Positions 52,509-62,217 of a stretch of DNA of 64,000 nucleotides are shown one piece after another (position 1 is the first letter of the stretch; each line of letters starts with the position of its first letter). Under the pieces are notes generated by a model. That model made no database searches and had not been told where the DNA came from. It saw only the letters and a program-made list of their open reading frames with translations. The stretch is taken from NCBI GenBank assembly GCA_963836815.1, contig CAWILD010000013.1, positions 105,166 through 169,165 of the forward strand. The letters are read 5' to 3'. Source of the stretch: an uncultured Gemmatimonadales bacterium. GTDB lineage: Bacteria > Gemmatimonadota > Gemmatimonadetes > Gemmatimonadales > GWC2-71-9. Both the position numbers and the translations under genes were made by a program.

Positions 52509-52522
52509 TGCACCTAGGTACA
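52509..52522. promoter_or_regulatory. Copy I of the palindromic motif (TGCACCTAGGTACA)
   Basis: 59 nt upstream of ATG 52450 (minus strand). It has the same CTCC 5' flank as copy D. Confidence 0.4.
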
Positions 52523-52547
52523 TCCCAGAGCCGTCTTGGCTGCTCGG

Positions 52548-53618
52548 CTACGGCCGCTCCTTTGCCAAACTCGCGGTATCCTGGCGGAGGAGGGCCGAGG
52601 CCGCCGAGTTGATCTGCCCGGCGCTCGCTCGCCTCCATACCGGTGCCCCCGCCGTGCCGGGGAATAGCCGCTGGCCCATGGCACCCACCACCCGGCCATT
52701 GGCATAGCTGTGCGGCACCGAGGTGTCGGTGCTGACATTGGACGCGAAACCGTCCAGCAACTCGTACACCGTGGAGTCCGCCTCGGCCAGCTCGGCCAGC
52801 TTGGCCCGATACTCCAGCCGGTCCTGCCGTTCGAGCCCGGGAAACCGGTGATTGTCAAAGAAATGCTGGGCCTCGTGCGCCAGGTAGCTGACCCGGAAAT
52901 TCTCGCTGCCCGTATCGTAGGCGCTGCGGACCGCGTAGAGCCGGTCCGGCTTGGTCCAGCCGCCCGTATGGTGCCGGTCGCAGGTGGCGAAGCCGGCCCA
53001 CCCGAGGCTGACGAAGTCGTCCATGAAGACCACCGTTACCGGCTGCCGTCCTTCCGGCAGCTCCACGTCGTAGCCCGTCTCCGTCTCCGTCCTCCACAGC
53101 ATGAGCTCGCGCAGGGGGCTGGTGACTCCCAGAAGCACGTGGGACCCTCCGCGTTGGGCCAGGCGGGTGATCGCCGGCTCCAGCGCATCCAGATTCGCCG
53201 CTCCCCGCTGTCCCCCCCGTGTGACCAGCACGTTCAGGGTATCCAGAAGCCACGACTCATTGGCAGGGGCGGGCCGCTCCGCCCGCAGTGACCGGAGCCA
53301 GTATTCGCGATACGCGGTCAGAATACCGGCGACGACTGGATCGACCGCAGTGGCGGGAGGAGGCCTGCGCTCGTCGAGCCGCTGAAGCATGCAGGCGCGA
53401 GTCGGGGCATACCGCGAGGAGAGGCTGGCGGTATCGATGGCACGGAGGGCTGTCACAGCCGCCCGGCCGTCGGCCTGCAGCGCGCTGGCCAGGGCCCGCC
53501 GCATGACATCGTCCGCCGGCTCTCGCCCGGCAACCTGCGCAGTCCCCACCGGGCTGGTCGCGGTCCAGAGAGCGAGGTGCAGAAGCAACCCGTCGAACTT
53601 CGATAATGTCCGTCGCAT
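52548..53618 (-). CDS. Secreted hypothetical protein with an HExxH motif (possible zinc metallopeptidase-like)
   Basis: Start MRRTLSKFDGLLLHLALWTATSPVGTAQ at 53618, inside ORF 52548-53708. Motif SYLAHEAQHFF. Confidence 0.55.
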   Translation of the reverse strand: MRRTLSKFDGLLLHLALWTATSPVGTAQVAGREPADDVMRRALASALQADGRAAVTALRAIDTASLSSRYAPTRACMLQRLDERRPPPATAVDPVVAGILTAYREYWLRSLRAERPAPANESWLLDTLNVLVTRGGQRGAANLDALEPAITRLAQRGGSHVLLGVTSPLRELMLWRTETETGYDVELPEGRQPVTVVFMDDFVSLGWAGFATCDRHHTGGWTKPDRLYAVRSAYDTGSENFRVSYLAHEAQHFFDNHRFPGLERQDRLEYRAKLAELAEADSTVYELLDGFASNVSTDTSVPHSYANGRVVGAMGQRLFPGTAGAPVWRRASAGQINSAASALLRQDTASLAKERP

Positions 53619-53866
53619 TCGAGTCTCCTGGATGCGGAGCGACGGGCCTGGAGCCGCGCGGCTGATTGCCGCCCGGTGCGCCGCATGGCGCAGCGCGTAC
53701 AGAATCATGGTCGCCTACTCAAGTGGGGAGAGACGGGACAGCCGGGGACTCGCCTTCACTGCAGAAGGACGAGTCGAGTGAGGCGACGGTTTCGCATGGC
53801 GACCCAACTGGTAAACCAGTCTGGTCGGGTGTAAACTTCCGTCCCGAAAGCGGTTGAGCAGTACCA

Positions 53867-53953
53867 GGACAGGTGTCCGAGTGGCTGAAGGAGCCGGTCT
53901 CGAAAACCGGTATACCGGCAACGGTATCGAGGGTTCGAATCCCTCCCTGTCCG
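53867..53953 (+). tRNA. tRNA-Ser (anticodon CGA)
   Basis: Manual cloverleaf. Acceptor GGACAGG/CCTGTCC. Anticodon stem CCGGT/ACCGG with loop CTCGAAA. Long variable arm ATACCG-gcaa-CGGTAT. T-arm GAGGG-TTCGAAT-CCCTC. CCA is not encoded. Confidence 0.9.
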
Positions 53954-54039
53954 TTCTCCCCCCTAACAACCCGGGCAGGTTACTGCGGCGAGGGTCTCGC
54001 CGTGACGCTCTCTCATGGGCGCCGTGAGATATTGCAGGT

Positions 54040-55057
54040 GTGAACCCACGCAACGCGGAGCCCCGGATCTTTCCGATCTCCAGCCTCGATGAACAGTCCC
54101 GGGCAACTGCCCTGGAGGGGTCACTTCTGGGCCTCGCCCTGGGTGACGCGCTGGGGTTCGTCGTCGAGGCCCAGCCTCCCGAGATCGCCCGCGCGTACGT
54201 TGCCGAGTGGCTTCAGTCCAGACGTGCGGGCGAGCGAGGCCATCCCGGCTTTCCCTTCGGCCAATACAGCGACGATACTCAGCTCGCGCGTGAGCTGCTG
54301 CTCAGCATCCGCAACGGCGGCGACTGGGATCCGCGGCGGTTCGCGTCCCGAGTCGCGTCCCTGATCTTTGCCGGTCGGGACGTGGGAGCCGGACCCGGCA
54401 CGCGATCCTCGGGAATGCGGCTGGTGCTCGGTGCCTCCTGGGAGCAAGCCGGCATGCCGGCGCCCTACGCAGGAAACGGCTCCGCAATGCGTGCCGGCCC
54501 CGCGGGCCTTCTCTTCGGCGGCGACCCGGATCGCTGGAGCCGGTGCGTGCGCGAGCAGAGCAGGGTGACCCATCACGACCCCAGGTGCGCGGCCGGTGCG
54601 CTGGCCATCGCCGGGGCCGTCGCGCTCGGGAGCGACCCTGGTCCGGTCCAGCCGACGAATTTTCTAGGACGCCTGGCAAGCTCGATCGAGTCCGAGGAAT
54701 GCTCCATGGCCGAGGCGATCCGCGGCCTCGGCGACTGGGTGCATCTCGAGCCCGAGCCCGCGGCCAGACGGCTGGGTGTCTTCGAGGTGGGCGTCTCGGC
54801 TTTCGTTGTGCCCAGCGTGGTGTGGAGTCTCTATGCGTTCCTGCGTTACCCGGACGACTACTGGAGGGCGGTCTGTACCGCCATCGCCGTCGGGGGAGAC
54901 ACCGACACTATGGCCGCGATGACCGGAGCGATCGCCGGCGCCCGCCTCGGACCCGGCGGCCCTCCCGGCGCCGCTCCTCGCCCGCCTCACCGACCGCGGG
55001 ACCTGGGGCGCCGCCGATTTGAAGCAGTTGGCCCGGGACTGCGCCCGCCTCCGTTGA
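54040..55057 (+). pseudogene. ADP-ribosylglycohydrolase family protein with an apparent frameshift near 54950-54960
   Basis: GLALGDALG..., [28 protein letters not shown]. The natural C-terminus [33 protein letters not shown] is in another frame. In the track it is fused to cysK as ORF 54040-55914. Confidence 0.75.
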
Positions 55058-55161
55058 ATGTCCCGTGTTATCGTAGAAATACGCATATTCAGGGTTGGAC
55101 ACCGCTGTTCCGTTCTCGATTTCGCACACCCTACGCGCACACCGCTTACTGCGAGGCCCCC

Positions 55162-56158
55162 ATGCCGCACGGGAAGATCTACCAGGACGTCGCGGAAACA
55201 GTCGGCAATACGCCGCTGATCCGGCTCAACCGATTGGGGAAGGGACTGCCCGGGCGGATTGTCGTGAAGCACGAGGGCTACAACCCCTACGACTCGGTGA
55301 AGGACCGCATCGGGGCGGCGATGATCGAGGACGCGGTAGAGAAGGGAAAGCTTCGCCCGGGCATGGTCATCGTCGAGCCCACCAGCGGGAACACGGGCAT
55401 TGGTCTGGCCTACGTCGCCGCGGCCCGCGGCTACCGCTGTGTCTTCACCATGCCGGACACGATGACGATCGAACGGCGCCATCTGCTTCGAGCCCTGGGG
55501 GCGCGAGTCGTCCTCACCGAGGGGCCCAAGGGAATGAAGGGAGCCATGGCCCGGGCGGAGGAAATTCTCGCCCGGCTCGGGGATCGCGCCTGGATGCCCC
55601 GGCAATTCGAGAATCCCGCCAATCCCGCGATCCACTACCGCACCACCGGCCCGGAGATCTGGACCGACACCGACGGCAAGATCGACATCTTCGTCTCGGG
55701 GATCGGGACCGGCGGCACCATCACCGGCGCGGGCCGCTATCTGCGCGAGCGGAAGCCGGACATCCGCATCGTCGCGGTGGAGCCGGCAGAGAGTCCGGTC
55801 CTCTCGGGCGGCCAGCCTTCCCCACATCGCCAGCAGGGCATCGGCGCCGGGTTCATTCCCGCCGATTCTGGACACCAAGATCTACGACGAGGTGGTCCGT
55901 GTGAGCAACGATGACGCGATCGCCACGGCGCGGCGGCTCGCACGTGAGGAAGGGATCTTCGCGGGAATCTCGAGCGGCTCCATCACGTGGGCGGCGCTTC
56001 AAGTCGCTTCGCGTCCTGAGAGCGCGGGCAAACTGATCGTATCGATAATCTGCGACTTCGGCGAGCGATACCTCTCCAACCCGGTCTACACCGAGCTGAC
56101 CGACCCCGATTTCAGTGATTTGGAGGAGGCGCTGCAGGAGCCGGCCGCGGTCGGATGA
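55162..56158 (+). pseudogene. cysK: Cysteine synthase A (O-acetylserine sulfhydrylase) with an apparent frameshift near 55860-55870
   Basis: PLP-lysine region [29 protein letters not shown]. The C-terminus ([19 protein letters not shown]...) is in ORF 55892-56158. Confidence 0.85.
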
Positions 56159-56231
56159 TGACCTTGCGCGTTTGGCTGTAAGTGAATGATTTGGCGAATA
56201 TTACTCAAGGTCACTTAAAGTCACTTGTTCG

Positions 56232-56260
56232 AACGGGGCGCCGGCGGTCGGCGTCCCGTT
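56232..56260 (+). terminator. Hairpin followed by TTCGTT, between cysK and the glutamine synthetase gene (terminator or leader attenuator)
   Basis: ACGGGGCGCC (56233-56242) pairs with GGCGTCCCGT (56250-56259), with one G-T pair and a 7-nt loop. Confidence 0.4.
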
Positions 56261-56400
56261 TCGTTGGCGACAAAATTGTGGGCCGCAGTTGTAGGAGCGC
56301 CGGGCGTGGAAGTCCACCGTCGCGGGCCTGTGCGCTCGATGCAACGGTGATTACTTTACGCCCTTTCCTATCCACCCCCACAAGCGAGGCACGGGCCCAC

Positions 56401-58534
56401 GTGACGACTTCCCTCCCAGCCGAGCGGGTCGATTCGATCTTCGGCAGCGACGTGTTCTCCCGCAACGTGATGCGGAAGCGACTCCCCAAGGAAGTCTACC
56501 GCAGCCTGCTCCGAGACCATCGACCGGGGTGAGTCGCTCGACCCCGCGGTCGCCGACGTCGTCGCCGCCTGCATGAAGGATTGGGCGATCGAGAACGGCG
56601 CCTCGCACTACACTCATTGGTTCCAGCCGCTGACCGGGCTCACCGCGGAGAAGCACGATTCGCTCGCCTCACCTGATGGAGCCGGCGGCGTGGTGTTCAA
56701 CTTCTCCGGCTCCGAGCTGGTGCAGGGAGAGCCCGACGCTTCCAGCTTTCCGTCGGGCGGGATCCGCGCGACCTTCGAGGCCCGCGGTTATACCGCGTGG
56801 GACGCCACCAGCCCGGCGTTCCTCATGCGGGGCGACAACAACGTCACGCTCTGTATTCCGACCGCGTTCGTCTCCTGGACCGGCGAAGCTCTCGACACCA
56901 AGATCCCGCTGCTTCGCTCGGTCGAGGCCCTCTCGACGCAGGCGCGGCGGATCCTGAAGATCTTCGGCACCGACGAGGGCGTCTCCCGGGTCTACACCAC
57001 CGTCGGCTCCGAGCAGGAGTACTTCCTGGTGGACCGGGACCTGTACTTCCGCCGCCCTGACCTGCTCATCACCGAGCGCACCCTGTTCGGCGCCAGGCCG
57101 CCCAAGGGGCAGCAGCTCGAGGATCACTACTTCGGGACCATCCCACCCCGCGTGCTCGCCTTCATGGCCGAGGCGGAGCAGGAGCTCTACCGGCTCGGCG
57201 TGCCGGTCAAGACCCGGCACAACGAGGTCGCGCCCGGCCAGTACGAGATCGCGCCGCTCTTCGAGCCAAGCCACATCGCCAGCGACCATCAGATGATCAT
57301 CATGGAGACCCTGAAGCGCGTGGCTCCGCGCTATGGGCTCCAGGCGCTGCTCCATGAGAAGCCGTTCGCGGGGGTGAACGGGTCCGGCAAGCACAACAAC
57401 TGGTCCATGTCCACGGACTCCGGGGTGAACCTGCTCGATCCGCGCGACGAGACTCACACCAACATGCAGTTCCTGGTGTTCCTCGTGGCGACGATTCGCG
57501 CAGTGGACATCCACGCTGACCTGCTGCGCGCGTCCATCGCGTCGGCGGCCAACGATCATCGCCTCGGCGCCAACGAGGCGCCGCCGGCCATCATCAGCGT
57601 GTTCCTCGGCGAGATGCTCTCGGACATCCTGGAGCAGGTCGAGAAGGGCGTCCCCAAGCGCACGATTCGAGGCGGCACCCTGGATCTCGGCGCCAAGACG
57701 CTGCCGCAGCTTCCGCGGCATTCGGGCGACCGCAACCGGACGTCGCCCTTCGCGTTCACCGGGAACAAGTTCGAGTTTCGCGCGGTGGGCTCGAGCGCGA
57801 GCATCGCGTGGCCGAACACGGTGCTCAACACCATCGTCGCCGAGTCGCTGGATCACGTCGCGACCGAGCTGGAGCGCGCCGTCGGCGCCCGGCCGAGTCC
57901 GGCGCGGCTCCAGTCCGGTGTCATCTCGGTGCTCAAGAAGCTGATCAAGCAGCACAAGCGGGTCATCTTCGACGGGGACAACTACTCGGAGGAGTGGCAC
58001 GCGGAGGCGGAGCGCCGTGGGCTGCCCAACCTGAAGGACTCGGTGCAGGCCTTCAACGTGCTCAAGGCACGGAAGAACGTGGATCTCTTCAAGAAGTACG
58101 GCGTGCTCGGGAAATCGGAGTACGAGTCCCGGATTCACATCGGCGTCGAGAAGTTCGTGAAGCAGATCGCGATCGAGGCCGAGACGATGGTCTCGATGGC
58201 CCGGGGCCTGATTCTTCCCGCAGCACTGGAGCATCAGCGCCGCATGGCCGAAGCGGTGGCGGCCACCAAGGCGGCGGGCGTGGATGCCGGTGATACCGTA
58301 ACCGCGCTGCGCGAGTTCGTCGAGCTGGTGAACGAGTTCCGCAGGCGGATCGGCGAAGTGGAGCGCCTCGCGGCGCACCACGAAGCCGAGCCGATGAAGC
58401 ACGCCGCGCAGATGAGCCGCGAGCTCAAGCCCGCGATGGGTCGTCTGCGGGAGGCGGGAGACGCGATCGAGAGCATGACGGCGGTCGACCTGTGGCCGAT
58501 GCCGAACTATCGGGATTTGCTGTTCCTGAAGTAG
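56401..58534 (+). pseudogene. glnN: Glutamine synthetase type III with an apparent frameshift near 56510-56520
   Basis: N-terminus [37 protein letters not shown] is in ORF 56182-56532. The body is ORF 56573-58534 (..[21 protein letters not shown]..). About 711 codons in total. Confidence 0.85.
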
Positions 58535-58551
58535 CACGACGCGGTGGGGTT

Positions 58552-58627
58552 GGTTTGTCACCCTGAGCAACGCGAAGGGGGCATGATTCAGGTCATGCCC
58601 CCTTCACTTCGTTCAGGGTGACAAACC
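58552..58627. repeat. Second, imperfect copy of the long GC-rich palindrome family
   Basis: GGTTTGTCACCCTGAGCAACGCGAAGGGGGCATGA - 6-nt loop - TCATGCCCCCTTCACTTCGTTCAGGGTGACAAACC. It shares the core TTGTCACCCTGAGC..GCGA.GGGGGCATGA with 18725-18802. Again located between convergent gene ends. Confidence 0.85.
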
Positions 58628-58638
58628 AGCGTCACGGC

Positions 58639-59097
58639 TCACATCGGCCAGCCCGGCGGCTTCACCCTGGTCAGCACGAAGAGCTCCGAAGGGCAACGCG
58701 CGGGCGTCAGCACGCCGGCCATGGCCTGGAACTCGAGAACTTCTTCAGGAGAGGAGTCCGGATCGAAGTAGACGGCGAGGGCTTCGACTAGCGGGGCGCG
58801 GCTGGGGCGAGCGAGTCCTTCGAGCCAGGGAGGGCAGGGCGTCAGTCTTCGAGTCTCCAGCCGCACTCGCACCGCACCATCCAACCAGCAGGGCATTCTG
58901 CCAAGCTCGTCGAGCAATGGCTCGCTGAGCACCATGCTCTCGCCTCGCGGCGTGATGACGCCGAATCGCGTGCGACCCCGCTCGCTTCTCTTATGGATGA
59001 CGACGCCCCACTCGAATCCATTGAGATTGCGGCCGTACCAGTCCAGCACGCGGAGCAGTTGTTCCCGAAGGGCGTCGACGACCAGTGGTGATTGCAT
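58639..59097 (-). CDS. Hypothetical protein (about 152 aa)
   Basis: ATG 59097 (MQSPLVVDALREQLLRVLDWYG...) within track ORF 58639-59508. The upstream part of that ORF overlaps the aminotransferase gene. No recognisable motif. Confidence 0.4.
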   Translation of the reverse strand: MQSPLVVDALREQLLRVLDWYGRNLNGFEWGVVIHKRSERGRTRFGVITPRGESMVLSEPLLDELGRMPCWLDGAVRVRLETRRLTPCPPWLEGLARPSRAPLVEALAVYFDPDSSPEEVLEFQAMAGVLTPARCPSELFVLTRVKPPGWPM

Positions 59098-59271
59098 GCC
59101 GCCACCAACGCGTGAGATTGCCGAACTCAGCCGGGGGATCGAGAGCTGTGTGCTGACATAATGCAGAATGTGGGCCATCCAATGTCCCCTGGCGTCTCCC
59201 CGTTGACCCGGCCACATTCCGCCCTCGGGAGCCGTCGGATTCCAGGCCTCCAGACCCCAACCCAGCGTGCC

Positions 59272-60627
59272 ATGCTCGAGCCAGCCCCGTCCGGGTCGCA
59301 CGTCTTCTACCGGAAGCTCAATCGACGCTATCCCCATATCGTTCGCGGGGATGGCTGCTACCTCTACGACGACGGCGGCCGCCGATACCTCGACGCTGTC
59401 GGGGGGGCCTTCGTGGCCAACCTGGGGCACGGCCTCCGGCCCCTCGCCGAGGCGATCGGGAATCAGGCACAGAATTTCGCGTACCTCAACGGCACCGCAT
59501 TTACCCATAGCCCCGTGGAGGAATTCGCGGCGGAGCTGGCCGCGCTCTGCCCCGGCGACTTGGACCTCGTCTACCCCCTCGGGAGCGGCTCCGAGGCAGT
59601 CGAGGCCGCGCTCAAGCTCGCACGGCAGTACTGGGTGGAGTCGGGGCAGTCGGGCAGGCGCAAGATTCTATCCTTCGTGCCGGGTTACCACGGCAACACC
59701 CTCCTGGCCCTTTCAGCTTCTGCCCGCGCCCACTACACGACCTATTTCCGGGAGTGGCTGGTAGACGTAGCCCGCGTGCCGGCCCCCTACGCCTACCGCT
59801 GCGCCTGCCGGGGGAAGCCTCCACTCTGTCCCGCCTGCTCGGGCGACGCGCTGGAGGAAGTAATCCTGCGTGAGGGTCCCGATACCATCGCGGCGTTCAT
59901 CGGCGAGCCGGTGGGCGGATCGTCCACCGGGGCGACCGTGCCCGCTCCGGAGTACTGGCGCCGGGTGCGCGAGATCTGCGACCGCCACGGCGTGCTCTTC
60001 GTCGCCGACGAAGTCCTCACCGGCGCCGGACGCACCGGCACGTGGTCGGCGCTGGAGCCGTACGGAGTGGTGCCCGACATCATGACCCTGGGAAAGGGCA
60101 TCGCCGCGGGCACCGTGCCGCTCTCGGCGGTGGTGGTTCCCCGTCGCATCGTAGACGTCCTGGCGCACGGGTCGGGCAGCCTGCTGCACGCCCAGACCTT
60201 CTCCCATCACCCGGTGCTGTGCGCCGCGGGACTCGCGACGCTGAGGTATCTCCGGGAGCATCGGCTGGTGGAGCGGTGCTCCCGCATGGGTCGAGTGTTC
60301 CATCAACGACTCGAGGTGCTGCGGGAGCTTCCACTCGTCGGCGACGTGCGCGGACGGGGACTCCTTGCCGGCATCGAGTTCGTCGCCGATCCGGCGAGCC
60401 GGGAGCCGCTCCCGCGTGCGGCCGGAATGGCGGAGGCATTTACCGCGGCCGCACTGGAGGCCGGGCTGGTCGTCTGGCCCAACGTCGGCCACGCGGACGG
60501 AACCAACGGCGACCTGGCGATGCTGGCGCCGCCGTTCATCGTCACCGAGGAACAGATCGAGGAAATCGTGTCTCTCTTCACCCGGGCGCTGAGAACGGCC
60601 GCCGATCGTATCGGAGCGGCCCGATGA
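59272..60627 (+). CDS. Class-III (omega) aminotransferase
   Basis: ATG 59272 within ORF 59161-60627. DEVLTGAGRTGTW and PLP-lysine region MTLGKGIAAG. Confidence 0.85.
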   Translation: MLEPAPSGSHVFYRKLNRRYPHIVRGDGCYLYDDGGRRYLDAVGGAFVANLGHGLRPLAEAIGNQAQNFAYLNGTAFTHSPVEEFAAELAALCPGDLDLVYPLGSGSEAVEAALKLARQYWVESGQSGRRKILSFVPGYHGNTLLALSASARAHYTTYFREWLVDVARVPAPYAYRCACRGKPPLCPACSGDALEEVILREGPDTIAAFIGEPVGGSSTGATVPAPEYWRRVREICDRHGVLFVADEVLTGAGRTGTWSALEPYGVVPDIMTLGKGIAAGTVPLSAVVVPRRIVDVLAHGSGSLLHAQTFSHHPVLCAAGLATLRYLREHRLVERCSRMGRVFHQRLEVLRELPLVGDVRGRGLLAGIEFVADPASREPLPRAAGMAEAFTAAALEAGLVVWPNVGHADGTNGDLAMLAPPFIVTEEQIEEIVSLFTRALRTAADRIGAAR

Positions 60628-62192
60628 CTGCCGGCGCCAAGATCACCTATACCTCCACCTCGGGAGATCTCGAGGAGTTTCATCGCCGCTTCGATGAGGG
60701 ACTGCAACGGGTCCGGGCCGCTTCCGGTGGCCGTCACCTATGCTGGATCGGCGGCGAGGCAGTGGAGACTCGAGGCGACGCGCTCGAGGATCGTTCGCCC
60801 ATCGACACCGGGTTTCTGCTGGGCACCTTTGCGTCCGCAGGTGCGGCAGAGGTGGACCGTGCGGTGCGGGCCGCCCGCGCGGCGCAGCCGGCCTGGGCGC
60901 GCAGGCCTTGGCAGGAGCGCGTCGCGATTCTCAAGCGTGCCGCGGCGCTGATCCGGGAGCGGAAGTACGAGCTCGCGGCGCTCATGAGCCTCGAGGTCGG
61001 GAAGAGCCGGCTCGAGGCGATGGGTGACGCGGAAGAGTCGGCGGACTTGATCGACTACTACTGCGGCCAGGTGGAGGAGGCCGACGGGTTCGTGAGACCC
61101 ATGGGCCGGGTCACGCCGATCGAGCGCAACACCGACGTGCTCAGGCCGTACGGCGTGTTCACCTGCATCGCGCCCTTCAACTTTCCGCTCGCGCTCTCGG
61201 CGGGGATGTCCTCGGCGGCGCTGGTCGCGGGGAACGCGATCATCTACAAGCCTTCGGAGGACACGCCCTGGACCGGGCTTCGGCTGTACGAGATCTATCG
61301 CGACGCCGGGCTGCCGGACGGGGTGTTCAACTTCCTGGTGGGCCGCCGCGAAGAGATCGGCGACGCCATCTGGCAGCATCCCGGAGTGGACGGGGTAGTG
61401 TTCACCGGCTCCAAGGCGGTGGGACTTCGGATTCATCACGGCATGGCGGAACGATGGATCAAGCCGTGCCTCATGGAGCTGGGCGGGAAGAACGCGGCGC
61501 TCGTCATGAAGAGCGCGGACCTCGACGCGGCGGCGGAAGGGGTCATGCGTTCGGCCTTCAGCCTGCAGAATCAGAAGTGCAGCGCGACCTCCCGCGTGTA
61601 CGTGGACCGCGCCGTCGTAGAGCCGTTCCTGAATCTGCTGCGGGAGAAGACCGGCGCGATCAAGATGGGTGATCCCACGGAGCGGGACGTCTACTTCGGC
61701 CCGGTGATCAACGCGCGCTCGGTCGAGCGGTACGAAGGCGCGGTGAGCCGGGCTCGCGCCGAGGGGACCATTCTCGTCGGCGGTCATCGGCTTCGCGGCG
61801 GAATCTTCGATCGCGGCCATTTTGTCGCCCCCACTATCGCGCGACTGCCGCTGGAGAGCAGCCTCTACCGCGAGGAGCTGTTCGTCCCCTTTCTCGCGGT
61901 CGGCGAGGTCGAGGGCTTGGATCAGGCCCTGCGTGAGGCCAATTCCGCCGAGTACGGGCTGACCGCGGGCATCTTTTCGCGGGACCAGACTGAAGTCACG
62001 AGATTCTTCGACGAGATCGAAGCCGGCGTGTGCTACGCCAACAAGCGCACCGGCGCCACCACCGGTGCGTGGCCTGGCGCCCAGGCATTCTGCGGATGGA
62101 AGGGCAGCGGCTCCAGCGGAAAGGGCGGCTGCGGGCCCTACTACGTCGCGCAGTTCATGCGGGAGCAGAGCCGGACGGTGATAGAACAGTAG
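60624..62192 (+). CDS. Aldehyde dehydrogenase, 1-pyrroline-5-carboxylate (glutamate semialdehyde) dehydrogenase-like
   Basis: ATGA overlap at 60624. ELGGKNA, catalytic Cys in QNQKCSATSR, and P5CDH-like EAMGDAEESADLIDYYC. Confidence 0.85.
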   Translation: MTAGAKITYTSTSGDLEEFHRRFDEGLQRVRAASGGRHLCWIGGEAVETRGDALEDRSPIDTGFLLGTFASAGAAEVDRAVRAARAAQPAWARRPWQERVAILKRAAALIRERKYELAALMSLEVGKSRLEAMGDAEESADLIDYYCGQVEEADGFVRPMGRVTPIERNTDVLRPYGVFTCIAPFNFPLALSAGMSSAALVAGNAIIYKPSEDTPWTGLRLYEIYRDAGLPDGVFNFLVGRREEIGDAIWQHPGVDGVVFTGSKAVGLRIHHGMAERWIKPCLMELGGKNAALVMKSADLDAAAEGVMRSAFSLQNQKCSATSRVYVDRAVVEPFLNLLREKTGAIKMGDPTERDVYFGPVINARSVERYEGAVSRARAEGTILVGGHRLRGGIFDRGHFVAPTIARLPLESSLYREELFVPFLAVGEVEGLDQALREANSAEYGLTAGIFSRDQTEVTRFFDEIEAGVCYANKRTGATTGAWPGAQAFCGWKGSGSSGKGGCGPYYVAQFMREQSRTVIEQ

Positions 62193-62217
62193 GCCAACCA
62201 ACAACACTGACCCATCA

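Noticed and set aside
53867-53953. Possibility that the tRNA is tRNA-Sec (selC), or marks an integrated island.
   Set aside because: The anticodon loop CTCGAAA gives CGA (Ser), and the acceptor and T arms are standard. No integrase, direct repeat of the tRNA 3' end, or foreign-looking genes flank it.
54040-55914. A 624-aa ADP-ribosylglycohydrolase-CysK fusion protein.
   Set aside because: The linker ([23 protein letters not shown]...) is out-of-frame read-through created by a frameshift near 54955. The hydrolase has a natural C-terminus and stop at 55055-55057 in another frame. cysK has its own ATG at 55162.
56171-56210. A sigma-54 promoter (TGGC...TTGC) upstream of glnN.
   Set aside because: For both TTTGGC occurrences, the position 12 nt downstream of GG does not carry GC (TTAC and AT-rich sequence instead), so the -24/-12 spacing fails.
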